A stretch of 64,000 nt of DNA, taken from positions 2,464,001 to 2,528,000 of the forward strand of contig CAVZSV010000004.1 of assembly GCA_963778115.1 (NCBI GenBank), in the 5' to 3' direction. Numbering within the stretch: position 1 is the stretch's first letter; every line of letters starts with the position of its first letter. The position numbers and the translations under genes were made by a program. Of this stretch, positions 1 through 8,611 are shown in pieces. Source of the stretch: an uncultured delta proteobacterium (GTDB lineage: Bacteria; Bdellovibrionota; FAC87; UBA2466). The notes below the pieces were generated by a model, which was not told the DNA's origin, did no database searches, and saw nothing but the letters and a program-made list of their open reading frames with translations.

Positions 1-71
1 AATAAACCACGCTCCTCTTCGTTTCCTTCGACGCTACGAGATTGTTTTTTGGGTAATCACCTGGGCTCCTC

Positions 72-89
72 ACATGATTCGAATCATGT
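72..89. promoter_or_regulatory. perfect 18-bp palindrome, candidate operator
   Basis: ACATGATTC-GAATCATGT is a perfect inverted repeat in non-coding DNA upstream of the GGAGG/GTG at 154-168. Confidence 0.4.
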
Positions 90-165
90 TGCAGTGACGT
101 AAATACCGCAAAAAAAGTCACTCCAAAAACCCGTGGTAGAAATAGAACAACACGGAGGTTTGTAG

Positions 166-358
166 GTGGAGACAAGATTTTATAGCGCTTTCTTTAAACG
201 ATAGTGAGTTAGTAAGTCGATTTCGTCGGTCAGCAAAAGCCGAAAGAAAGATTCAAGCGCAGGTATTAGCGTACCTAGCTGTGATAGAGCAGCGAAAGAT
301 TTTTGCGGTAGAAGGGTATTCTTCTTTGTGTTGGTTTTTAGTGAAGGAGATGGGGCTC
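166..358 (+). pseudogene. frameshifted N-terminal fragment of a DUF222/HNH-endonuclease-like protein
   Basis: GGAGG at 154 and GTG at 166. After a +1 shift in the T-run at 178-181 the frame reads SLNDSELVSRFRRSAKAERKIQAQVLAYLAVIEQRKIFAVEGYSSLCWFLVKEMGL, resembling the leader of multicopy HNH proteins (L.D.EL...ER....VL..L..IE.R......GYSSL). Confidence 0.55.
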
Positions 359-675
359 ACCTTCTTTCAGGAAAAGGACGAAACCTCGGCTAGAGTGGTG
401 TGGGATCAGATCGGTGACTGGATCTGGCAGGCAGGCTTCGCTCACCTCATGGACTGGCACCGCAATCTCGAAAAGGGCTGGGGTACTCTCAAAAACTACT
501 TCCGTTTCCCTGTCACCACAGGCCTTTCGGAGGGCATTAATCGGGCTATCAAGGAGCTTAAATGGCAGGCCTATGGCTACAAAGACATGGAGTACTTCAA
601 GCTTAAGATCCTCCAAAAGGTCGGTTACCTAAACTACCGATATTGTTTGATCGCAAACTTTTAAGAGAAAGAGGC
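359..675 (+). mobile_element. ISL3-family transposase C-terminal remnant with possible right end
   Basis: NYFRFPVTTGLSEGINRAIKELKWQAYGYKDMEYFKLKI matches the ISL3 C-terminal motif (T....EG.N..IK..KR.AYG). Stop at 664 is followed by AAAGAGGC, similar to ISL3 ends. Confidence 0.75.
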
Positions 676-849
676 GAAGTACCGCCTAGCACCGCTGTAT
701 TCTGACTAAACTTTTGACAGTGCGGCTAACTCTTTTAACGGCCGTAAGAAAATCCAAATCCGACAATTACGCCTGTATTCTGTGCACAAGTCCCATACGT
801 AGGCTCTCCTTTTCCCTCTAAATTTTAAGCCTGACCATTTTGCGAAATA

Positions 850-865
850 GGGCACCGCCATTGCA
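850..865 (+). promoter_or_regulatory. sigma54 (-24/-12) promoter candidate
   Basis: GGGCAC-CGCCA-TTGCA with GG and GC 12 nt apart, 45 nt upstream of ATG 910. Confidence 0.6.
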
Positions 866-909
866 ATTCTCTGGGTTAGCACCTTGAGACGTGAGGATTG
901 GGAGGCGCC

Positions 910-1614
910 ATGTTTAAACGACTCTTTCAACTTGGTTTTGTAGCAGCCCTAGTATCGGGCATCGTGATTTTCTTTATGTCCGAGAGTCCACTGGATACTT
1001 CGCAAACCGACGCTCAGGATTCAAGACCTAAAATGGGAGCTGTCGGCGCCGCTATCCAAATTCCGGCACATCGAATCTCCTCCAACAACGATTTCGCTGC
1101 GGTTCAAAACCAGATCCCCTCAGTGCAATCACCGCTAGCCACAGCCGATATTTATCTTAGAGCCCATTTGTCCGAATGGCATGTGCTGGACTACCACGAG
1201 CTTCGCCCCGAACCTACGGTAACTGCTTTGGGAACGACCGTAAAATACCAGGTTTTTCAAGACGGAATTCCCGTTGTGGATATGTCCATCGTGGTTCATG
1301 TTTTGGCCAACGGAAACGTAACGGCGGAATCTTCTTATCAACCGATTCCCAGAGTCGATCCTTCTGCTACGGGAATGGAGTTCGAAGACATCATCAGGAA
1401 TTTTTCGGATCAGTTCAGTGAAAACTCAGACGCCGATGCGCAATCCAATCGAGTGATCGCGCTTGACCACTCGCTCGGCAGACCCATCGGTCAGCTAGCT
1501 TATCAAGCTTTTCTGCTAGATCGAGATAGTGGAAATCCCGTGGAAGTCGTCTTTCGGGCGACTGACGGACAGATACTTCGCAAAACTCCTGGCCATTTTG
1601 CGGCGGCTCAGTAA
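910..1614 (+). CDS. membrane-anchored/secreted protein with FTP- and PepSY-like propeptide domains, no catalytic domain
   Basis: GGAGG RBS at 901. N-terminal hydrophobic helix; TALGTTVKYQVFQDGIPVVDMSIVVHVLANGNV (FTP-like); LAYQAFL...VEVVFRATDGQIL (PepSY-like); no HExxH. Confidence 0.65.
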   Translation: MFKRLFQLGFVAALVSGIVIFFMSESPLDTSQTDAQDSRPKMGAVGAAIQIPAHRISSNNDFAAVQNQIPSVQSPLATADIYLRAHLSEWHVLDYHELRPEPTVTALGTTVKYQVFQDGIPVVDMSIVVHVLANGNVTAESSYQPIPRVDPSATGMEFEDIIRNFSDQFSENSDADAQSNRVIALDHSLGRPIGQLAYQAFLLDRDSGNPVEVVFRATDGQILRKTPGHFAAAQ

Positions 1615-1616
1615 CT

Positions 1617-1726
1617 TCGTCTCGCTGTTTCTTCGAAAAAGCTGGGGATAATAAAGATCGTCCCTTCGGGACGTCCTCTGTGCACCCTCCCAGCCAATAG
1701 AACAAGCGAAGCGATCGCCGAAGGCG
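1617..1726. repeat. REP-like imperfect palindrome with GAA/TTC triloop hairpins; possible bidirectional terminator
   Basis: CGTCCC-TTC-GGGACG-type hairpin (1659-1673) inside a GCTGGG/CCCAGC stem, plus GCGAAGC (1706-1712) and CGCC-GAA-GGCG (1716-1726); lies between convergent genes. Confidence 0.5.
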
Positions 1727-1729
1727 CTG

Positions 1730-2518
1730 CTACTTTAACGCCAAAGCATTCGTCGGAATATCTTTGGGCTCCGAGTTCTTACTCGTGAAGACCCGAACTT
1801 GAATTCCTTCTTTGTCTAGTTGATCGGCCGGGGTGTTTTGATTCTGTTGCCAGGTTAGGTCGGTGTGGCAGGTATAGGCACGATTAAACTGAGAGAGTTG
1901 AACGACATCGAATTGGCAGGGGAGCATTTCGCTTCCTTTTCTCTCCATCTGAACGGTGAACTTAAATCCATCGGCTTGAATATAGGCCCACGGAACTTCG
2001 TAGGTGCGGTTAATCTCTTGTGCTTGTCCGTTGCCGATAGGCCACCACTGTCCGCCTTCGGGGAGTAAAATCTTATTTCCATTGGGGAAGATGACTGAAA
2101 TTCTGACGTTAGAGATAGGCCGACTGGTTTCGCCGTTATTGTCCATCGTATAGCGCTGAATCGTAACAAAGGTGCGATAAGGATCTACTTTAGCCGGCGT
2201 AGCATTGATCCCATTATTATTAGTCGCGGTCGTTACCGGATTACTTACGGGAGCGGCCATGGGTGCCGAGGCCTGAGGTGCCGGAACTGCAGGATTTGAT
2301 TTAGCAAGGGGTTGAACCGTCGCTTTTGCTTTAGGAGTGGGAACTAACGTCGATGACTTAGTGGTGATTTCCGGAGTGGGACCCGCTGACTCGTTAGGGG
2401 CCAAAACCTGGGTAGTTCCGGGGGCATGATTTCCCGCCGGTAAACCATTCTCTGAATAAGCGCCGGGAATATAAACTACCAATCCTAAAATCACCGCTAC
2501 CAGTATCTTACGAATCAT
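1730..2518 (-). CDS. secreted hypothetical protein with Pro/Ala/Thr linker and C-terminal beta-rich domain
   Basis: GGAGGAGG RBS before ATG 2518; signal peptide MIRKILVAVILGLVVYIPGAYS; low-complexity linker; C-terminal domain with two Cys. Confidence 0.75.
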   Translation of the reverse strand: MIRKILVAVILGLVVYIPGAYSENGLPAGNHAPGTTQVLAPNESAGPTPEITTKSSTLVPTPKAKATVQPLAKSNPAVPAPQASAPMAAPVSNPVTTATNNNGINATPAKVDPYRTFVTIQRYTMDNNGETSRPISNVRISVIFPNGNKILLPEGGQWWPIGNGQAQEINRTYEVPWAYIQADGFKFTVQMERKGSEMLPCQFDVVQLSQFNRAYTCHTDLTWQQNQNTPADQLDKEGIQVRVFTSKNSEPKDIPTNALALK

Positions 2519-2622
2519 CGAACTTCCTCCTCCAGAACAAACTTTTGGGTAACCATTTTTTGTCGGGAGGCAAAGCCAAGAAGGCTTGATACTCGCGACG
2601 CAAAAACTCCACTGGAAACTTA

Positions 2623-2638
2623 AGCAATTCACGTTCCA
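2623..2638 (-). promoter_or_regulatory. sigma54 promoter candidate
   Basis: minus strand reads TGGAAC-GTGAA-TTGCT with canonical spacing, upstream of gene 1730-2518. Confidence 0.55.
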
Positions 2639-2778
2639 AAGATTGCAGCTTTGGAGACCGTCAAACGACTCACCAGCAGTGACAAGTTTTGTTTCTCGAA
2701 GTGACCAAATGGGGCGGAAATCAAACGAAGTCGTTCCTTTTTTGGGCGCATTTAGCTAAGAAATCGACGCCCGGTTTC

Positions 2779-2794
2779 TGGCACGTTACTTGTA
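2779..2794 (+). promoter_or_regulatory. sigma54 promoter candidate
   Basis: TGGCAC-GTTAC-TTGTA (GT rather than GC at -12), followed by GAGGAGG and ATG 2826. Confidence 0.5.
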
Positions 2795-2825
2795 TTTATA
2801 GCCCTTGGGTTGAGGAGGAGCGCGC

Positions 2826-3446
2826 ATGAATACAAGCAGTGAAGCGAAAGTATACGGAACGAAGCGGATGAGAAATATTTATCGAGAACTGATGGAATCG
2901 AAAACTTTAGATGCTCCGATTTGGAAATTGGCAAAGGCTTATAGTTGGACGATTGCCGTCATCATCGGGTTAGCAATGCTCGCCACTTCGAGCAGTGGTC
3001 CCGCTTCATTGTGGGCGCATCTATTTGCGCTAAGAGGAAAGCCTACGAGTTCAAATATCTTTAACCGAAGCATCGCTTCAATGGCGTTTCCCCAGGTTTC
3101 AACCGAAAGTGACACCGATGATATCATCTCTAATTACACTACCTACTTAAGATTCGTTCTAGAAGTTGGTAGTCAAACCGATTCGCGAACGGCCCAGCGT
3201 CTGGCACAGACTTTCGAAAAGCTTCGTGGTCACTATCCACAAGGTGCCGCTCTCTTTCTTAAGGGGCTGCGCTTTGAAATGATACAGAAAGAGGAGTTCA
3301 TGGGAGCAAGTCCCGCGGCACTCTCAAGCAGCTCCCCTGAAATGCGTCGTTGGGTAGGCAAGTTCATGAAGGATTGGTTGCGAGAGTGTGACGAACAGCT
3401 TTTCCGCTCGGTTGCTTTGGCGCGCAGTTCAAGAAACAGCGACTAA
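2826..3446 (+). CDS. hypothetical protein with single TM helix
   Basis: 206-aa ORF with strong RBS, hydrophobic segment WTIAVIIGLAMLA and helical C-terminus. Confidence 0.65.
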   Translation: MNTSSEAKVYGTKRMRNIYRELMESKTLDAPIWKLAKAYSWTIAVIIGLAMLATSSSGPASLWAHLFALRGKPTSSNIFNRSIASMAFPQVSTESDTDDIISNYTTYLRFVLEVGSQTDSRTAQRLAQTFEKLRGHYPQGAALFLKGLRFEMIQKEEFMGASPAALSSSSPEMRRWVGKFMKDWLRECDEQLFRSVALARSSRNSD

Positions 3447-3478
3447 TTTTGAAATAGCCTCCAAAATAGATTAGCTTC

Positions 3479-4444
3479 TTGTCACTCGTGCGAGTGGCCT
3501 TAATACATAACGCTAAATTCCCGGTCGCGGGATATGGGGGGACGGAACGCGTCGTATGGTGGCTGGCTAAAGGGCTAAATGCTTTAGGTCATCAAGTGAT
3601 ACTCGTCTGTGAACCCGGAAGCAGCTGCCCGTTTGCTCAAATAAAGACGATTGATTTTTCTCTGCCGGTCGAAGGGCAATTGCCTCGAGCGGATCTCTAC
3701 CACTATTTTAATACGCCCCCTTGTGAACCTAAGTCGCCGTATGTAGTGACGATTGGGGGGAATGGTCGTTTTGGAGAGACTTATCTGCCCAATACGGCTT
3801 TTGTCAGTCATAACCAGGCCGCCCGTCATGGGGCTCAGTGTTATGTGCACAACGGCCTCGATCCCGACGAGTATGAGTTTGAAAGCACCAAATCGTCCTT
3901 TTTTCTGTTTTTGGCCAAGGCTTCTTGGAAGGTGAAAAACGTGCAGGGGGCGATCCAATTGACCCGAGCGCATGGGGGAGAGCTTAAAATTATTGGTGGC
4001 TCGCGCCCCTGGCTTCCCCACTGGCGAGGGGTGTATTGGGAGGGTGTTTTGGCGGGGCCGCGGAAAGCCAAGATCGTCGCCCACGCGCGGGCACTGCTTA
4101 ATCCGATTCAATGGAACGAACCTTTTGGATTGGCGGTAATCGAAGCCATGGTCAGTGGAACTCCCGTTATCGCTTCGCGTCGAGGGTCGATGGCTGAGAT
4201 CGTAAATTCCGACACGGGTCGCCTGTGTGAGAGTAAAGATGAATTTCTTGCGGCGATGGGAGAGATAACTACGCTTTCCCCTGATCGCTGCCGAGACAGG
4301 GTGCTCAGTCTATTTCACTTTAAGAAGATGGCGGAATCTTACACGGGCTTGTACGAGAAGGTCCTAAGCGGCAAACGTTTGAACGAAGGCGATCTTTGCG
4401 CCACCGAGCCGCCCGAAAAGCTTATTCCACTTACCGGTTTTTGA
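3479..4444 (+). CDS. GT4-family glycosyltransferase
   Basis: YGGTERVV and EPFGLAVIEAMVSGTPVI motifs. Confidence 0.9.
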   Translation: MSLVRVALIHNAKFPVAGYGGTERVVWWLAKGLNALGHQVILVCEPGSSCPFAQIKTIDFSLPVEGQLPRADLYHYFNTPPCEPKSPYVVTIGGNGRFGETYLPNTAFVSHNQAARHGAQCYVHNGLDPDEYEFESTKSSFFLFLAKASWKVKNVQGAIQLTRAHGGELKIIGGSRPWLPHWRGVYWEGVLAGPRKAKIVAHARALLNPIQWNEPFGLAVIEAMVSGTPVIASRRGSMAEIVNSDTGRLCESKDEFLAAMGEITTLSPDRCRDRVLSLFHFKKMAESYTGLYEKVLSGKRLNEGDLCATEPPEKLIPLTGF

Positions 4445-4457
4445 AAAAACGGGTGGG

Positions 4458-5006
4458 CTACTCTAAGAGGGATTCGGGATCGGTGAGGTCCCCCAATTTT
4501 GACCACTGAAATTCTTTGGCTTCTTCATTGAAAATTTGGCATTCGTGCACTGGGGCGGCGAAAAGATGGACGCTCACTGCCGGTTTAGAAAAGGGGTTGG
4601 AGATCTCATGAATTCCGATGTCATCATCGATATAAGAGGTCTCTCCGGCGGTTCGTGTCTCTATGGGGCCGCAGGGAATCAGATCGTTTGATTTCGGTTT
4701 GATGGGTTTAAAGCCTTGAACGGCGAGTTTTCCCGAAATGACCGTCATCCAGCAACGTTGTCCCGCGTGGTCGTGGATGGGAGTCTTTTGTTTGGGTAAC
4801 CATGTCAGTACCAGAAGCTCGTAAGCGGAGTTCCCCGATACCAAATTGCGTCCGTAGGTCTCTTCTCGAAAGAATATGAACGGGGCGAACTCATCTTGAT
4901 GAATATGATGATCTCTAAGAAAATTACCGATCAAGTCACCTTTAAAGTCAGCCGCTTTTCTTTGATCGAGAAAGCGAAGGAAATCTTTCAGCGTGGTGCT
5001 TTTCAT
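4458..5006 (-). CDS. cysteine dioxygenase type I family (thiol dioxygenase) protein
   Basis: YGRNLV, W.P.Q.TPIHDH...C, IHEISNP, AVSVHLF; 3-His cupin. Confidence 0.85.
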   Translation of the reverse strand: MKSTTLKDFLRFLDQRKAADFKGDLIGNFLRDHHIHQDEFAPFIFFREETYGRNLVSGNSAYELLVLTWLPKQKTPIHDHAGQRCWMTVISGKLAVQGFKPIKPKSNDLIPCGPIETRTAGETSYIDDDIGIHEISNPFSKPAVSVHLFAAPVHECQIFNEEAKEFQWSKLGDLTDPESLLE

Positions 5007-5287
5007 GTTGGATGCAGGTTGCCCTCGTCCCTGTAAGAATCAGCTAAGATTTGGGGAGCGCTTGACGCCAATTGTCGATTTTCAAATCTTGAAAGGACAA
5101 GACAATCTTTGTTTTTCCCCCGTTTCCCAACACTAGCACAATCCCGACCGATTTGCCCATAGTCTCAATTGTCCCGATTTAAGGCGATGACGGCAGGCGG
5201 CGGTTGAGGTAACAACGGCTTGCGAATACAGGATTTGCCGCTTAGAATCTGGCCTTTTGGCCAGTTTGAGGCGGAAAAGGAGAAGTC

Positions 5288-6214
5288 ATGACGGTCAGTA
5301 CTCCCAAAGGCTATACGAAGGAACTCTTGGTCCTTCCCTTCGATCACCGGAACTCTTTCCAAGAAAAGATGTTCGGTATCAAAGGGACGCCTACCCCGGA
5401 GCAGACCCGGCTCATCGCCTCCTATAAGATGATGATTTACGAAGGGTTTGAAAAGGCCGTTCAGTCAGGCCTTCCCAAAGAAGACATGGGAATTCTGACA
5501 GACGAGCAATTTGGCGCCGAAGTCTTGGAGCGTGCCCGTAAGAACGGCTTCACCACAAGCCTTTGTGTGGAAAAGAGCGGGCAGGACGAATTTGATTTTG
5601 AATACGGCAAGGACTACGGGGCCCATATCGATAAGTTTAAGCCGACCCTCGTAAAAGTCCTGGTCCGGTACAACACGGAAAGTGATAAAGCGGCCAATAG
5701 CCGTCAGGCTGCCCGTCTGGCGGATCTGGGAAATTTTCTCGAGCGCGGTGGTTACAAATACATGTTCGAGCTCTTAGTTCCGGCGACACCAGCGCAACTC
5801 GAACGGTGTCAGGGAAATAAGGCGACGTTTGATGTGGAGATGCGTCCTCAGCTAATGATAGGGGCCATTCAAGAATTGCAGAATGCGGGTGTCGAACCTG
5901 ATGTTTGGAAGCTCGAGGGGCTCGATCGCCGCGAGGACTGTGTACGGGTTTGCGATGCCGCTCGAGCTGGAGGACGAGATAAAGTGGGGGTCATCGTGTT
6001 GGGTCGCGGCGAAAATGAGCAGAAAGTGAAGGAATGGCTTCGGGTCGGAGCGAATGTCCGAGGAGTCATTGGATTTGCGGTGGGCAGGACCGTTTTTTGG
6101 GAGCCTCTTAAAGGCTTCATGGACAAGAAACTGACTCGTGAGCAAGCGATCGACCAAATGGCGACCACCTACGGTGGATTCTGCCGCCTATGGCTTTCGG
6201 CGCGCGCCAATTAA
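5288..6214 (+). CDS. stand-alone DUF2090 (IolC C-terminal-like) class I aldolase
   Basis: LPFDHR, VEKSG, VKVLVRYN, PDVWKLEG (Schiff-base Lys), VLGRG, GFAVGRT. Confidence 0.85.
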   Translation: MTVSTPKGYTKELLVLPFDHRNSFQEKMFGIKGTPTPEQTRLIASYKMMIYEGFEKAVQSGLPKEDMGILTDEQFGAEVLERARKNGFTTSLCVEKSGQDEFDFEYGKDYGAHIDKFKPTLVKVLVRYNTESDKAANSRQAARLADLGNFLERGGYKYMFELLVPATPAQLERCQGNKATFDVEMRPQLMIGAIQELQNAGVEPDVWKLEGLDRREDCVRVCDAARAGGRDKVGVIVLGRGENEQKVKEWLRVGANVRGVIGFAVGRTVFWEPLKGFMDKKLTREQAIDQMATTYGGFCRLWLSARAN

Positions 6215-6241
6215 ATTCATGCGCGCTTCACGCGAATGAAT
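6215..6241. terminator. hairpin between convergent genes
   Basis: ATTCAT-GCGCG-CTTCA-CGCG-AATGAAT imperfect inverted repeat directly after the stop at 6214. Confidence 0.45.
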
Positions 6242-6269
6242 CTCGTGTTAACACCGACACGGGCTGACT

Positions 6270-8420
6270 TTAATCCAATTTCGCTTGATGTGCGTGGTCT
6301 TCTAAGCCCAAACTTTTCAGGAACGCCTTATGATTGGGCTGTCGTCCCAAAAAGGCGGTAATCAAAACGTAGGGATCTTTGGTTCCTCCGGGCTCAAGAA
6401 TGTTGTGCAGGTAATCCGCGCCCGTCTTGGGATTGAGAAGTCCTTCTTTCTCAAAACGAGTGAACATATCTTGCGCATAAACTTTCGACCATAGATACCC
6501 GTAGTAACCCGCATCGTATCCGCCCATCAAATGTCCGAAACCGGCTTGAGGAATAGTTCCGGATTGTATGGGAATCAGCATCGTCTTTTCGATGGTATCG
6601 GCATAGATCTCGGTGGACTTCCCCTGGATGTGAGACGCGGTATGGTACTTCATGTCGATGAGTGCGAAGGCCGCTTGGCGAAGCCAAAAAATTCCCGAAT
6701 TAACATTCTTCGCGTCGATCATGTGTCTAACGAGCTTCGCCGGAAGATGTTTCGAAGTGTCTTTGTAGTAACCCGACATTTTGGAGAGGGTTTCGTTTTC
6801 CCATACCCAGTTCTCTAACATTTGCGAAGGGGCTTCCACAAAATCGGTCTTTACACTGGTGCCCGAGAGGCTTGCATAGCGCGCGGTAGTCAGGGTTTGG
6901 TGCATGATGTGGCCGAACTCGTGGAAGATCGTTTCGACCTCTTCGTGCTCCAGAAGCGACGGGGCATCTTTAGAAGGTTTTGAAAAATTTCCCACGATGG
7001 CTGACACCGGAGCGCGGTACACGCCATTGTCTTTGGCATAAGCTTTATAAATATCGAAAGCGGCGAAGTGATTGTACTTTCCCTCTCGTGGAAAGAGATC
7101 CATATAAAAATAGGCTATCGTCTTTCCGTCTCGTTCGATCCGAAAGGTCTTAACACTGGGCTCCCATACGGTGGAATCCGCAACTTCTACAAACTTAACT
7201 CCGAAAAGCGTCTGATAAATGTCGAACATTCCCTTTAGAACGACCTCGATCGGGAAGTACTCTTTAATCTGTTGATTATCGATATGGAATTTTTGTTTCT
7301 TCCACTGATTTTCATAATAACGCCAATCCCAAGTATTCATTTTGGGGTGAGCTTCCGAAGGATGTTCTTTTTGTTTTAGCGAAATCAATGTTTGCAGATC
7401 CTGTCGCCCTTTAATCTTTAATTTTTCGACAAGGGGGTCGAGAAAAGCCATTACCTTTTCGGGAGTCTTAGCCATCTGCCGGTCGAGGACATAGTGGGCA
7501 TGATTTCTGAAACCCAATAGATGGGCCGCTTCGTCCCTAAGCTGAATAGCCTCTTCCAAGTCCTTAACGTTCTCAGGACCGCCTAAATTGTCATAGAGAG
7601 TAGAAACTCGCTTTCGAAGTGCTTCGCTCTTGGCATTTTCTAGCACCGGGAATACGGAAGCTTTATCCATCCCAATCTTGTATTGGCCATCGGCCGTCTT
7701 AGGGAGGCCTTGGATAAATTCCGCCGAAAGTCCGTCTAGTTCGGAAGCCTTTGCCAGTACGAAACCGCTGGTCATTTGCTTAATTCTCTTTTGGTAACTC
7801 TCTTCCTTCGAGATGATCTCTTGGCGTTTCTTGACCAGAAGGGCTCGATGGTCAGGGCTGAGTTCCAACCCGTTTCGCTTAAATGCCTCTAGGGTCTCCT
7901 CGACCAAACGGTTACTTTGATAGTCCAAGGTTTCATTTTTTGCGGAGCCGGCTTTTACCACCCGATAGAGATCCTCTCTGGCAAAGATGCTCACCATAAG
8001 CTGCCCAATTTTTTCGCTACAGGCGGAACTGGCATCTCGCACCTTCTCGTCGGTTCCCACATCCTTCAAAAAAACGAGCGGACTGACATTGTTAGAAAAT
8101 TCGCTAGTGGCAGCTTCGAGTTCTCCGAAAGAGTTCTTAAAATTCGCTTTGTCGGGAGACAACTTGCCGAGTTTATCGAGACGAGCAAGGAGCTGTTTCT
8201 GTTCAGCATCGCAAAGGCTTTGGACCTCTTGGGCGGTATAGTTCCATCTCGTAGGCAAAGAGGCATCGACACTTGCGGTAGTACGCGTTCCTGACACGTT
8301 GGCCTCCTTAGTGCTTTTCGCACTTACGCAGCTAATAAGCGGCAATCCCATCAAAGCGATCAATGAAAGGGTTCTAAAAGATCGTAGACCTACCCGTAGC
8401 CCAAACCCAAATCGAAACAT
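6270..8420 (-). CDS. M3-family metallopeptidase (thimet oligopeptidase/neurolysin-like), exported
   Basis: FHEFGHIMH, DFVEAPSQMLENW, GYDAGYYGYLWS; N-terminal signal with possible lipobox LISC; GGAGGAG RBS. Confidence 0.95.
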   Translation of the reverse strand: MFRFGFGLRVGLRSFRTLSLIALMGLPLISCVSAKSTKEANVSGTRTTASVDASLPTRWNYTAQEVQSLCDAEQKQLLARLDKLGKLSPDKANFKNSFGELEAATSEFSNNVSPLVFLKDVGTDEKVRDASSACSEKIGQLMVSIFAREDLYRVVKAGSAKNETLDYQSNRLVEETLEAFKRNGLELSPDHRALLVKKRQEIISKEESYQKRIKQMTSGFVLAKASELDGLSAEFIQGLPKTADGQYKIGMDKASVFPVLENAKSEALRKRVSTLYDNLGGPENVKDLEEAIQLRDEAAHLLGFRNHAHYVLDRQMAKTPEKVMAFLDPLVEKLKIKGRQDLQTLISLKQKEHPSEAHPKMNTWDWRYYENQWKKQKFHIDNQQIKEYFPIEVVLKGMFDIYQTLFGVKFVEVADSTVWEPSVKTFRIERDGKTIAYFYMDLFPREGKYNHFAAFDIYKAYAKDNGVYRAPVSAIVGNFSKPSKDAPSLLEHEEVETIFHEFGHIMHQTLTTARYASLSGTSVKTDFVEAPSQMLENWVWENETLSKMSGYYKDTSKHLPAKLVRHMIDAKNVNSGIFWLRQAAFALIDMKYHTASHIQGKSTEIYADTIEKTMLIPIQSGTIPQAGFGHLMGGYDAGYYGYLWSKVYAQDMFTRFEKEGLLNPKTGADYLHNILEPGGTKDPYVLITAFLGRQPNHKAFLKSLGLEDHAHQAKLD

Positions 8421-8468
8421 TTCTCCTCCCCGACCGAGTGAGGTTCTCAGGGGGAACGTGGGGTGTCA

Positions 8469-8598
8469 AGGAAGGCTAGTGCTGGTGCTCTAGCTGGTGA
8501 TCAAGGTGTGCGCTTCGCGCACGCGATCTCATTTCGCCCTCTTTTCGATGTGGAAGTCATCCCCGAAGGGGTTGCCCTGATCGCTAGCCCTAGCTCCT
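8469..8598. repeat. nested palindromic element with two GAA/TTC triloop hairpins
   Basis: GTGCGC-TTC-GCGCAC (8508-8522) and CCCC-GAA-GGGG (8561-8571) enclosed by GATCAAGG/CCCTGATC and CTAGC/GCTAG stems. Confidence 0.5.
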
Positions 8599-8611
8599 TA
8601 GCGCTTCTTGC

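Noticed and set aside
1..70. minus-strand gene starting at GTG 60 after AGGAG
   Set aside because: The frame stops after 8 codons and cannot be evaluated at the window edge
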